From the NCBI GenBank assembly GCA_016699695.1, contig CP065006.1, positions 2,589,435 through 2,653,434 on the forward strand: a DNA stretch of 64,000 bases, given 5' to 3'. Shown piece by piece: positions 10,101-17,663 of the stretch. Made by a program: the position numbers and the translations under genes. This DNA comes from Bacteroidota bacterium. Its GTDB lineage: Bacteria > Bacteroidota > Bacteroidia > Bacteroidales > UBA10428. The notes below the pieces were generated by a model. It saw only the letters and a list, made by a program, of their open reading frames with translations, did no database searches and was not told the origin of the DNA. Position 1 is the stretch's first letter. Every line of letters starts with the position of its first letter.

Positions 10101-10432
10101 TCCGATACCTTGCCAATTATCCGCTGAGTAATGCCTTTTTAGAGAATTTTCAGGTGATTGGCTTTTTTGATGTCGGTAGCGCATGGTCGGGGGTATCACC
10201 CTGGTCGAAACAGAATGGTTACGACCGCGATTATATCTATCAGGGATCGCAAACTGAACCCCTTATCGAGATTGAGATCGATGCCCAACGCGACCCATTT
10301 GTTGCAGGCTATGGCTTTGGATTACGTACGCAGTTTCTGGGATATTTTATTCGGTTTGACTGGGCTTGGGGTATTGAAAATAACCAGGTGCTGCCCCAGG
10401 TATTTTATTTTTCGCTGGCATTAGACTTTTAG
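7121..10432 (+). CDS. large outer-membrane protein: TolB-like (PD40/WD40-like) beta-propeller repeats plus C-terminal Omp85/D15-type beta-barrel
   Basis: 1103 aa with signal peptide MVKRILIPLFLCYLASNVNGQ. The middle holds PD40-like repeats (NPVSNHVAYVTNTKGRYAIWLYD, SFSPDGSLIAISAVKNGQTDIFV, NPRFISNGKQIIFASNRE). The C-terminus resembles the bacterial surface antigen family (FFDVGSAW...GYGFGLRTQFLGYFIRFDWAW...SLALDF, ending in Phe). Confidence 0.7.
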   Translation: MVKRILIPLFLCYLASNVNGQFYNGHQMLFGKNRVQYREFYWNYYRFDRFDTYYSENGDKLARYASEFAEKEIERIESFFDYNLDKRIIFLVYNKLSDFRQSNIGLVTGKTESNIGGTFRIDNNKAFLYFEGDFEAFEKQITSAISQILISEMIYGQQFRDNAANSTLINLPAWYIDGLVAYLSKDWDFETENRVKDGVVNGKYKKFNRLQGDDAAYAGHSFWRYISEVYGESVIPGILYMTKINRNANQGFYYVLGSSIKDLSAEWFYYYNDLYASLEDTGEVPSGKPILKRPKKKRVYQQLSLNPVSNHVAYVTNTKGRYAIWLYDSNTQKQKKLLQREHKLEQITDYSYPVLAWYPNGRILTFIVEEKGGLVMYYYTFGEKKLTARNILYFDKVLGYSFSPDGSLIAISAVKNGQTDIFVHSVASGTNFQITNDVADDFNPRFISNGKQIIFASNRETDLLSEEIEKQTRSFTQDLFIYDFESKPDKLFRLADSPYVEKDKPYELGANQFISLSNKSGIVNRYYSKFDSTISYVDTTVHYRYYAITQPISNYSRSILDQDYKPSTNTLGEIVFSKGKYNMYLHELDLPENGSIKLQETDFRQQKTQKLLIADSISKIKIAKIPLDSALNNIIISGNDTINLIVSEVDINNYLFEIERVKMLNAQFKDENILLEIVPPKDEEAERARIYQRAFYQDYVTGQIDFSFLSESYQTFTGGAVYYNPGLNLAFRLGTKDLFENYRVIAGLRLPLDFQSSEYLIGLEMLKDRLDKQLFFHRQSFNALTQDEIPYQVRNVSNQIYGVFRYPFSQVASLSATIGARQDKTIFQPVSTSLTVINQALAQPNVEKLWITPKLEYVFDNTRQLGLNLPAGTRLKIFTEYYQMVNKPYSNLVTWGADVRHYLVIHRNLIWANRIATGSSLGTARLIYYLGGVDNWTNLSSRTPTFIPLSEIRITDNVNYAFQTVATNMRGFSQNIRNGSNFALFNSELRLPIIRYLANYPLSNAFLENFQVIGFFDVGSAWSGVSPWSKQNGYDRDYIYQGSQTEPLIEIEIDAQRDPFVAGYGFGLRTQFLGYFIRFDWAWGIENNQVLPQVFYFSLALDF

Positions 10433-10434
10433 CT

Positions 10435-10806
10435 ATGGAAGCAAACAATCTCATACTTTTAATCATTACCGGAATACTTGCCGGTTTTATTGGTGGCAGT
10501 CTCGGTGTTGGCGGGGGCATTATCATGGTGCCTGCTTTGGTATTTATTTTTGGCATGACTCAGCACCAGGCTCAGGGAACAAGTCTGGCTGTGATGTCTA
10601 TTCCCATCGGATTTATTATTGCAGCCAGCAACTACCACAAGCAAGGCTTTATTAATTACAAGGTAGCACTTGTGCTTGTTATTTCTTTTGTAATCGGAAG
10701 TTACCTTGGTTCCTTGCTTTCAGTTAATCTTCCGGTAAAGACTCTTAAAAGAGCTTTTGGATTACTGATGCTTTTGGCGGGCCTTAAAATGCTATTAGGA
10801 AAATAA
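10435..10806 (+). CDS. TauE/SafE (TSUP) family membrane protein, half-size
   Basis: 123 aa, about 4 TM segments, with the GxxGGxxGxGGG-type motif (GFIGGSLGVGGGIIMVPAL). It starts 2 nt after the previous stop. Confidence 0.7.
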   Translation: MEANNLILLIITGILAGFIGGSLGVGGGIIMVPALVFIFGMTQHQAQGTSLAVMSIPIGFIIAASNYHKQGFINYKVALVLVISFVIGSYLGSLLSVNLPVKTLKRAFGLLMLLAGLKMLLGK

Positions 10807-10813
10807 GAAAACA

Positions 10814-12016
10814 ATGAATATTTCTCAAAAAATAAAGGAACTGGCCACGGCCTTTCTCGATGACACAATCCAGATCAGACGTTATCTCCATCAGCATCCT
10901 GAACTATCTTTTCAGGAGCACCACACATCGGCCTTTATTAAGCAAAAACTCGACGAATTAGGTATTCCCTATACCGGAGGGTATGTGGAAACCGGAATAT
11001 TGGCCAAAATTGAAGGGCTCAATCCACAAAAAAAAATAGTCGCCCTTCGGGCCGATATGGATGCCCTGCCTGTTGTGGAAGAAAACCAGGTAGATTATAT
11101 TTCGCAAAACACCGGGGTGATGCATGCCTGCGGGCATGATGTGCACTCGGCCTGCCTGCTGGGTGCAGCAAAAATTCTCCAGCAGTTTCGAAATGATTTT
11201 GAGGGTACCATTTTGCTTGTTTTTCAGCCGGCCGAAGAAAAATTACCCGGAGGAGCCAAGCTCATGCTCGAGCAAGGTATTTTCGATGCTATAAAGCCCG
11301 ATCTGATAATCGGCCAGCATGTGATGCCAGGCCTCCAGGTAGGGAAAGTAGGATTTCGCTCAGGAATGTATATGGCATCGGCCGATGAGATTTACCTTAC
11401 GGTAAAGGGAAAAGGTGGGCATGCTGCCATGCCACATCAGCTTGTGGATACGGTGCTGGTAGCCTCGCACATCATTGTAGCCCTGCAGCAGGTAGTCAGC
11501 CGCAATGCCTATGCAGCCATTCCTTCGGTGCTATCGTTTGGTAAAGTCGATGCCCCAGGAGCTACCAACATCATACCGCGCGAAGTGAAAATTGAAGGAA
11601 CCTTCCGAACCATGGACGAAAAATGGCGGTACGAAGCCCATCAGAAAATTACCAAAATTGCTACCACACTTGCCGAATCGATGGGAGCCACCTGCGAGGT
11701 AGATATTGAAGTTGGTTACCCTTGTCTGGTGAACGATGCTGGTATTACTACAGAGGCAAGCAAGCTGGCAATGGAAATTCTTGGCAAAGAGCAGGTAGTA
11801 GAACTCGACCTGCGGATGACCTCCGAAGATTTTGCTTTTTTTTCGCAGCAATATCCGGCCACTTTTTATCGTTTGGGTATCTCTGGTGCTGAAGCAAAAG
11901 TGGTTTCTCCCTTGCATTCGCCCACTTTCAATATCGACGAAAAGGCTCTTGAAACCGGAATGGCGACAATGGCCTACCTGGCATTGGGCTTTCTAAAGAA
12001 TGAATCTAAATACTGA
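10814..12016 (+). CDS. M20D family amidohydrolase (N-acyl-L-amino acid amidohydrolase / hippuricase-like)
   Basis: 400 aa with ALRADMDALP and MHACGHDVH metal-binding motifs typical of peptidase M20D. Confidence 0.85.
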   Translation: MNISQKIKELATAFLDDTIQIRRYLHQHPELSFQEHHTSAFIKQKLDELGIPYTGGYVETGILAKIEGLNPQKKIVALRADMDALPVVEENQVDYISQNTGVMHACGHDVHSACLLGAAKILQQFRNDFEGTILLVFQPAEEKLPGGAKLMLEQGIFDAIKPDLIIGQHVMPGLQVGKVGFRSGMYMASADEIYLTVKGKGGHAAMPHQLVDTVLVASHIIVALQQVVSRNAYAAIPSVLSFGKVDAPGATNIIPREVKIEGTFRTMDEKWRYEAHQKITKIATTLAESMGATCEVDIEVGYPCLVNDAGITTEASKLAMEILGKEQVVELDLRMTSEDFAFFSQQYPATFYRLGISGAEAKVVSPLHSPTFNIDEKALETGMATMAYLALGFLKNESKY

Positions 12017-12057
12017 AAAAAAACGAAAATTTAATAGCTTAGTTTTTTATTAAACTA

Positions 12058-12065
12058 TAAATTTG
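12058..12065 (+). promoter_or_regulatory. candidate Bacteroidota -7 promoter box (TAAATTTG) for the ferredoxin gene
   Basis: Matches the TAnnTTTG consensus, about 53 nt upstream of the ATG at 12118. Confidence 0.35.
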
Positions 12066-12117
12066 TTCCGAATTTCTAACCCGTCGGTTTAGGCCGGCAT
12101 AAAATTATTTCGATATT

Positions 12118-12285
12118 ATGGCTTACGTAATTAGCAATGAGTGTACCGCGTGCGGAACTTGTTTACCAGAGTGTCCATCAGAGGCTATTTCAGAGGGTGA
12201 TATCTACAAAATTGATCCGGATGCTTGCATCGATTGTGGTGCTTGTGCCGATGTGTGCCCTGTAGAAGCAATCAGCGCAGCTTAG
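12118..12285 (+). CDS. 2x[4Fe-4S] ferredoxin (55 aa)
   Basis: Not in the ORF track because it is under 60 aa. My translation is MAYVISNECTACGTCLPECPSEAISEGDIYKIDPDACIDCGACADVCPVEAISAA*, which carries two CxxCxxCxxxCP motifs. Confidence 0.85.
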   Translation: MAYVISNECTACGTCLPECPSEAISEGDIYKIDPDACIDCGACADVCPVEAISAA

Positions 12286-12305
12286 TTTTATCTGCATACG
12301 ATTTT

Positions 12306-12323
12306 AAAAACCTCCGGCATTCC
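12306..12323 (+). terminator. left half of the ferredoxin terminator hairpin, split by the IS insertion
   Basis: aaaaacctccggcattcc. Joined to 14087-14098 it reconstitutes aaaaacctccgg-cattc-ccgggggtttttt, an approximately 12-bp stem followed by a T-run. Confidence 0.6.
12316..12323. repeat. target-site duplication, left copy (ggcattcc)
   Basis: An identical 8-mer directly abuts each terminal inverted repeat of the IS. Confidence 0.75.
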
Positions 12324-12340
12324 GAGGGCACTGAAAAAGT
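12324..12340. repeat. IS left terminal inverted repeat (gagggcactgaaaaagt)
   Basis: Perfect reverse complement of 14062-14078. Confidence 0.85.
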
Positions 12341-12367
12341 CCCAAGTACAAGAATATTAATAATATA

Positions 12368-12413
12368 GCAGTAAAATACAAGATAAAAACTTGGCATTTT
12401 ACTGCTTTTTTTT
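12368..12413 (+). terminator. IS-internal terminator upstream of the transposase gene
   Basis: The stem pairs gcagtaaaat (12368-12377) with attttactgc (12396-12405), and T8 follows at 12406-12413. It would stop read-through from the disrupted ferredoxin terminator. Confidence 0.5.
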
Positions 12414-12445
12414 GTATCTTAAGAGCCTAAAATAAAGGCACTTAT

Positions 12446-13897
12446 ATGCTCGTACAACAGCAAAAACTTCAGCTTAGTTTATACTCTGATCTATATTCCC
12501 TTATCGTTCCCAAGGATAATCTACTACGAAAAATTAATGAGCTCATTGATTTTTCGTTCATTTATGATGAACTGGTAACCAAATACTGCTCAACCAATGG
12601 GCGCAATGCTGAGAGCCCTATTCGTATGTTCAAATATCTGTTGCTCAAAACGATATACGACATTTCGGATGTAGATGTAGTAGAACGTTCCCGTTTTGAC
12701 ATGTCTTTCAAGTATTTTTTGGAGATGACACCTGAAGAAGATGTGATAAATCCCAGTTCGCTTACCAAATTCAGGAAACTGCGGTTGAAGGATACCGATT
12801 TGTTGAATCTTTTGATAGGCAAGACCGTTTCCATTGCCATTGAAAAGGGTATCATCAAATCGAAGTCCATTATTGTTGATGCCACACATTCATTATCCAG
12901 ATCGAACCCATTGTCCCCCTTGGAAGTGCTCAAAGAACGTGCCCGGCAACTTCGTAAGGTGGTTTATTCCACAGATGAGAACTGGATAGAGCGAATGCCT
13001 AAAAAGAACGAAGACAATGATTTGGAGCATGAATTATTATATTGTGATACGCTTGAAAAGGCGATAGAGTCAGACGAAGTAATACGTTCATTCCCAAAAG
13101 TAAAAGAAAAGCTAAATCTATTGAAAGAAACCATTGAAGATACACAGGATCATTATACACTTTCAAAGGATCCTGATGCCAGAACAGGCCATAAGACGCA
13201 AGACTCTTCATTTTTTGGATTCAAAACCCATATCGCCATGACAGAGGAACGAATTATTACGGCTGCCGTGGTAACATCCGGAGAAAAGGGCGATGGCCCA
13301 GAGTTACCGGCATTGCTTGAATCTAGTCAAAATAATGGAATTGAGGTAGATACAATCATTGGCGATGCAGCCTATTCAGGAATGGAGAATCTTAAAATTG
13401 CTGATGAACAAGAAATAAAAATCGTTGCAAAATTGAATCCCTCTATTACGCAGGGTTTTAGAAATCAAGAAAATACATTTGACTACAACAAAGATGCCGG
13501 AATGTTTGTATGTCCCGCAGGGCATATGGCTATAAGAAAAGCACGTCAAGGAAAGAAAGATGATGGCTCCAACCAAGTAGACACTTATTACTTCGATATT
13601 GAAAAATGTAAAACATGTACCTTAAAAAACGGATGCTATAAACCTGATGCAAAAACTAAAACCTATTCTGTTTCTATTAAATCGGATAAACATTTGGAAC
13701 AAATGGAGTTTCAACAGACCGAATACTTCAAAGAAAAGGCAAAACACCGTTATAAAATTGAAGCAAAAAATAGTGAACTAAAAAACGTACATGGCTATGG
13801 AAGAGCTACTTCGTACGGAATTACCAACATGCAAATGCAAGGGGCAATGGCCATTTTTACTGTAAATCTCAAAAGAATCCTCAAATTAATGAATTAA
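12446..13897 (+). CDS. IS1182/IS5-like DDE transposase
   Basis: 483 aa. The N-terminal InsH-like region reads LIDFSFIYDELVTKYCSTNGRNAESPIRMFKYLLLKTIYDISDVDVVERSRFDMSFKYFL. The DDE core shows VDATH ... IIGDAAY ... HRYKIEAKNSELK, and the protein ends in NLKRILKL. Confidence 0.9.
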   Translation: MLVQQQKLQLSLYSDLYSLIVPKDNLLRKINELIDFSFIYDELVTKYCSTNGRNAESPIRMFKYLLLKTIYDISDVDVVERSRFDMSFKYFLEMTPEEDVINPSSLTKFRKLRLKDTDLLNLLIGKTVSIAIEKGIIKSKSIIVDATHSLSRSNPLSPLEVLKERARQLRKVVYSTDENWIERMPKKNEDNDLEHELLYCDTLEKAIESDEVIRSFPKVKEKLNLLKETIEDTQDHYTLSKDPDARTGHKTQDSSFFGFKTHIAMTEERIITAAVVTSGEKGDGPELPALLESSQNNGIEVDTIIGDAAYSGMENLKIADEQEIKIVAKLNPSITQGFRNQENTFDYNKDAGMFVCPAGHMAIRKARQGKKDDGSNQVDTYYFDIEKCKTCTLKNGCYKPDAKTKTYSVSIKSDKHLEQMEFQQTEYFKEKAKHRYKIEAKNSELKNVHGYGRATSYGITNMQMQGAMAIFTVNLKRILKLMN

Positions 13898-13993
13898 CAG
13901 GGGACTCCAGCCTCAAATTACATCTACCCTCATTACAAAAAGAATTTAAAAGCTCTTTTTACCAGAAAATTTGCATTTCGTTCTTTAAAAAGA

Positions 13994-14038
13994 AACTGGC
14001 AAATGAAGATATTGTCTTCACTTGCCAGTTATCTTTTA
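13994..14038 (+). terminator. hairpin/terminator after the transposase gene, inside the IS
   Basis: The hairpin pairs aactggcaaatgaaga (13994-14009) with tcttcacttgccagtt (14015-14030), 15 of 16 bases paired, then atctttta. Confidence 0.45.
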
Positions 14039-14061
14039 GAGAATTACTTAAATAAGTTGAT

Positions 14062-14078
14062 ACTTTTTCAGTGCCCTC
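14062..14078. repeat. IS right terminal inverted repeat (actttttcagtgccctc)
   Basis: Perfect reverse complement of 12324-12340. Confidence 0.85.
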
Positions 14079-14086
14079 GGCATTCC
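14079..14086. repeat. target-site duplication, right copy (ggcattcc)
   Basis: Identical to 12316-12323. It is followed by cgggggtttttt, the right arm of the original terminator. Confidence 0.75.
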
Positions 14087-14250
14087 CGGGGGTTTTTTAA
14101 TTAATATACCTCCAGGTTCCGCACAGGATAAATAATAATTCTTTTACTTAAGCAAAAGAATTTCTTTATTTTACCTAGAGTTCTTTACCTGACTTTCTTG
14201 CATATCAGGGCTTTAAAACCTAATTTCATCCGTCAATCAAAAATTTCAAT

Positions 14251-15570
14251 ATGAACTTCGTTTTCTTATTTGCAGGTATTTTAACCGGAGCGGTATTGTC
14301 GTGGTTGTATTTTCGCAGCATTGGAGCAACCCGCCAGGCTGTATTAAGCGAAAAAGCATCCATGCTCGAAACCGAAACCATACGGCTTAAAGATAGTCTC
14401 AACGAAAAGCAAAACCAGCTAATGGAGATGAGCGCCTCTCTGGCTGCCCGGCAGAACGAGTTGGTGAATTTACAAACAAGGCTCGATGAACAAAAGGTTG
14501 AGTTTGTGAAGCTCAGAGAGCAATTTAGCCTTGAGTTTAAAAACCTGGCCAACGAAATTCTGGAAGAGAAAACCAAAAAGTTTACCGAACAAAACAAGAT
14601 TAACCTGAATGAGATCTTGAATCCGCTCAACCTTCGGATTAAAGAGTTCGAAAAAAAGGTAGATGAAGTATACGATAAAGAAGCTCAACAACGATTTTCG
14701 TTGAAAGAACAGGTGAAACAGCTTGCCGAGTTGAATCAGCAAATTAGCAAAGAGGCCAACTCTCTTACTCGTGCCCTTAAAGGCGATTCGAAAACGCAGG
14801 GAAACTGGGGTGAGATGTTGCTGGAAAGTATTCTGGAACAAACAGGATTAAGAAGGGGAATTGAATTTACCGTGCAGGAATCTTATGTTTCCGACGATGG
14901 AACCCGGTTTCTTCCCGATGTAGTGGTGCATTATCCGGGCAACAGAAGTGTAGTGATTGATTCGAAGGTCTCATTAACTGCCTATGAAAAATATACTTCT
15001 GCCAGCACAGAAGAGGAACAAGCCACAGCCATGAAGGCTCACCTTCTTTCCATACGAAGCCATATCAGCAGGTTATCCTCGAAAACCTACGAAGATCTGG
15101 AAGGATTGAAATCACTCGACTTTGTGATGATGTTTCTTCCTGTAGAACCGGCTTACCTGCTTGCAGTGCAAAATGACAACGAGTTATGGGCTTATGCCTA
15201 CCAACGTCGCATTTTACTTATCAGCCCAACTAACCTGGTAGCAGTACTTAAAATGATTGAAAGTCTTTGGAAGCAAGAGTACCAAAGCCGCAATGTGCTC
15301 GAAATAGCCCGTCAGGGTGGGGCATTGTACGATAGTTTTGTACTATTAAGCGAGCGGCTGGTTAAACTCGGAAAGAAGATGGATGAGGCTTCTGGTTTTT
15401 ACCGTGAGACTATGCAAAACCTTACCGAAGGAAAAGGTAATCTGGTAAGCCGTGTGGAGAAATTAAAAGAACTGGGTATTAAAGCCAAGAAACAATTGCC
15501 TGATAATCTTGTAAATCGTTCGATTGAAATGGGCATTGAACAGGAATCGGATACAGTAGATGAAGCTTAA
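14251..15570 (+). CDS. rmuC: DNA recombination protein RmuC
   Basis: 439 aa with an N-terminal TM segment, a long coiled coil and then an RmuC-type domain (KTQGNWGEMLLESILEQTGLRRGIEF..., PDVVVHYPGNRSVVIDSKVSL). Confidence 0.85.
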   Translation: MNFVFLFAGILTGAVLSWLYFRSIGATRQAVLSEKASMLETETIRLKDSLNEKQNQLMEMSASLAARQNELVNLQTRLDEQKVEFVKLREQFSLEFKNLANEILEEKTKKFTEQNKINLNEILNPLNLRIKEFEKKVDEVYDKEAQQRFSLKEQVKQLAELNQQISKEANSLTRALKGDSKTQGNWGEMLLESILEQTGLRRGIEFTVQESYVSDDGTRFLPDVVVHYPGNRSVVIDSKVSLTAYEKYTSASTEEEQATAMKAHLLSIRSHISRLSSKTYEDLEGLKSLDFVMMFLPVEPAYLLAVQNDNELWAYAYQRRILLISPTNLVAVLKMIESLWKQEYQSRNVLEIARQGGALYDSFVLLSERLVKLGKKMDEASGFYRETMQNLTEGKGNLVSRVEKLKELGIKAKKQLPDNLVNRSIEMGIEQESDTVDEA

Positions 15571-15597
15571 TGTGTAAGAAGTGATGAAATTTGCCTT

Positions 15598-16041
15598 CTA
15601 CCATTGTGTCAGATCAGTCATCCACGGTTCAATTTTTATTTCTTCTTCTTGTTCGCTGTCGGCCACCTTTTTAGAGCTTTCGCATGCAAAGGGTTTTAGC
15701 ATCCATTCTTCGAGTGCAATCTCTTGTTCCACATCTTCTTTTAAAGTCGATGAAAGGGCATTGGCAGCAGAATAATAGAAAAAAGTGTGATTCCTCGAAT
15801 GCTTGTTCCTAAGCAAGTTGTTATTTTCCGGGGTAGATTCCAGCGCAATAAGATTTGAGTCGTAAACCAGAATAATTTTCGAAGGTTTAGTGTTTTCTTT
15901 TAAGTTTTCGATGGTAAATACAACTTTATTGGATGTTTGCTCAGATATTCTGGCCACTGTCTGACTTTTTAAGGGCAGCGATCCTAAGGCCAGCAGCGAT
16001 GCTGCAAAAATGGTTTGTCTGATGGATTGAAGTGGTTTCAT
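15598..16041 (-). CDS. hypothetical secreted protein
   Basis: ORF 15598..16098. I prefer the start at 16041, which gives MKPLQSIRQTIFAASLLALGSLPLKSQT (a signal peptide). I recognise no family. Confidence 0.5.
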   Translation of the reverse strand: MKPLQSIRQTIFAASLLALGSLPLKSQTVARISEQTSNKVVFTIENLKENTKPSKIILVYDSNLIALESTPENNNLLRNKHSRNHTFFYYSAANALSSTLKEDVEQEIALEEWMLKPFACESSKKVADSEQEEEIKIEPWMTDLTQW

Positions 16042-16292
16042 GGTTGTATGTTTTGCCACCCATGTTTCATCAATTGTGCCGTTTGTTGTAAAACTCATAA
16101 AATCAATAATATAAATTCATTTATGCATCGAAAACAAAAATTTCATTGACCGGATTTGCACTTTGTTTTGTTCGGTATTGAACAGTTTTATGTTAGGGAG
16201 CTATTGCTTGTCGTTGGAATAAATTTATTATGCAGATTATGAGTGCATTAAAAACAATCAGCATTTATTTTTTTACATTTTTCATTCTTTTT

Positions 16293-16321
16293 GTAACCGA
16301 TTTCGGGTTGGTGGTATCTAA
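16293..16321 (+). promoter_or_regulatory. possible ECF-type promoter (GTAACC-N18-TCTAA) ahead of the sigma operon
   Basis: tgtaaccgatttcgggttggtggtatctaa lies ~40 nt upstream of 16360 and resembles the AAC / TCTxA ECF promoter architecture. This is a weak call made by eye. Confidence 0.25.
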
Positions 16322-16359
16322 TATTTAAAATCAATTATTAACCATAAAAAGTAAATACC

Positions 16360-16695
16360 ATGAATTTAACTGAAATTTTAGTACCGCTAGGGTTTTTCGC
16401 TGCTGTTGCTTTATCCATTTTCTTTGTGACTTCAGCCTTACACAAAGAAAAAATGGCGATGATAGAAAAGGGTATTTTTGAAAGAAAACAACCTAAAAGA
16501 AGTAAAAATATGGGGCTTAAAGCAGGCACCTTATTTATCGGACTTGGCATTGGTATATTTTTCGGTTACCTGCTTGGAGAGTTCACTGTAATCAACGAAG
16601 TAGTTTCCTTCTTTAGCATGATTTTGTTATTTGGTGGAGCAGCCCTTATTTTTAATAACTTTATGCTTGCCAAAAAAGACGAAACTCAGAGCTGA
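16360..16695 (+). CDS. small integral membrane protein, first gene of the ECF operon
   Basis: 111 aa with 3 predicted TM helices. Its stop overlaps the sigma-factor start (TGATG). Confidence 0.55.
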   Translation: MNLTEILVPLGFFAAVALSIFFVTSALHKEKMAMIEKGIFERKQPKRSKNMGLKAGTLFIGLGIGIFFGYLLGEFTVINEVVSFFSMILLFGGAALIFNNFMLAKKDETQS

Positions 16696-17255
16696 TGGAC
16701 ATTGCGTATATAAAAAAGGTTCTGGAAGGTGATGTGGATGCTTTTCGGTATTTTGTAAACAAGTACCAGGATATGGCTTATTCTCTTGCTAACAGCATCT
16801 GCAAATCGGAGTTTCTGGCGGAAGAAGCTACCCAGGAGGCTTTTGTCAAAGCTTTCCAGAATCTTGATAAGTTTAAGCAGAAGTCGAGTTTTACTACCTG
16901 GTTTTATAAAATTTTGGTAAACGAGTCGCTTCGAAAAATAAAAAGAAAAAGGTTAGAGGTGCTGCCTAACGAGGATTCTTTGCCAGAGGATATAAATCCT
17001 GAAGTAAAAAACTCATTGGATGCATTGCACCAGATGGAGCAAAAAGAGATTATTCAGAATATTCTTCAACGCATGCCTGAATCCGAAAGCTTGCTGCTTC
17101 GCTTGTATTATCTGAGCGAAAAACAAGTAGAAGAAATAAGAGAAATTACCGGTTTAAGTCTATCGAACATTAAGGTTAGTTTGCACAGGGCAAGAAAACG
17201 ATTTTATTTCTTGCTCGAAAGAAGTTATAAAAATGAAATGTATTCAATCTTATAA
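16695..17255 (+). CDS. ECF (sigma-70 family) RNA polymerase sigma factor
   Basis: 186 aa with a region 2-like stretch (FRYFVNKYQDMAYSLANSIC...AEEATQEAFVKAF...FTTWFYKILVNE) and a region 4 HTH (QVEEIREITGLSLSNIKVSLHRARKRF). Confidence 0.85.
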   Translation: MDIAYIKKVLEGDVDAFRYFVNKYQDMAYSLANSICKSEFLAEEATQEAFVKAFQNLDKFKQKSSFTTWFYKILVNESLRKIKRKRLEVLPNEDSLPEDINPEVKNSLDALHQMEQKEIIQNILQRMPESESLLLRLYYLSEKQVEEIREITGLSLSNIKVSLHRARKRFYFLLERSYKNEMYSIL

Positions 17256-17259
17256 TGAA

Positions 17260-17625
17260 ATGAAACACAATAAGCATGATGAGGAATTAAGCAGGCTGGT
17301 TGGTATGAGTATGCTGCATGTTCCAACTACCGGATTCGAAGATAAGGTGATGCAAAAGGTTTTCTATTCAAGTCAGTTTAAAAAACATGTGCGGAAAAAT
17401 ATCCGGGCATCGTGGTTTTTTATTTTGCTTTCAGCAGTGCTCTTTCCTGGTGGTTTTTGGGCAGTTTACAATGCAGCGGTAAGCTACAACAGTAGTTACT
17501 TCGATGCGTTTACGTCCAATTTTTCCGGGGTAATAATTCCAGCCTGTGTATTGCTTTTTTCAATTGTTATTCTGGTGCAGGTCGATAACCTTTTACGTTT
17601 AAGTAAGCAACAAAATGCATGGTAG
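17260..17625 (+). CDS. putative membrane anti-sigma factor / membrane protein
   Basis: The ORF track starts at 17233, overlapping the sigma gene by 23 nt; an ATG at 17260 lies 5 nt after the sigma stop. Two TM segments are predicted. The role is inferred from position only. Confidence 0.4.
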   Translation: MKHNKHDEELSRLVGMSMLHVPTTGFEDKVMQKVFYSSQFKKHVRKNIRASWFFILLSAVLFPGGFWAVYNAAVSYNSSYFDAFTSNFSGVIIPACVLLFSIVILVQVDNLLRLSKQQNAW

Positions 17626-17663
17626 TTTGAATAATATGTTCGAATGCGCTTCAAACCTTAATC

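Larger units (their letters stand above)
12324..14078 (+). mobile_element. IS element, IS1182/IS5-superfamily-like, ~1.75 kb, apparently intact
   Basis: It has perfect 17-bp terminal inverted repeats, an 8-bp TSD, a single 483-aa DDE transposase ORF and AT-rich composition. Confidence 0.85.

Noticed and set aside
14226-14841. 134-aa and 123-aa minus-strand ORFs inside rmuC
   Set aside because: They are the antisense reading of the Lys/Glu/Leu-rich coiled coil, giving Ser/Phe/Leu low-complexity peptides. The rmuC frame carries recognisable motifs.
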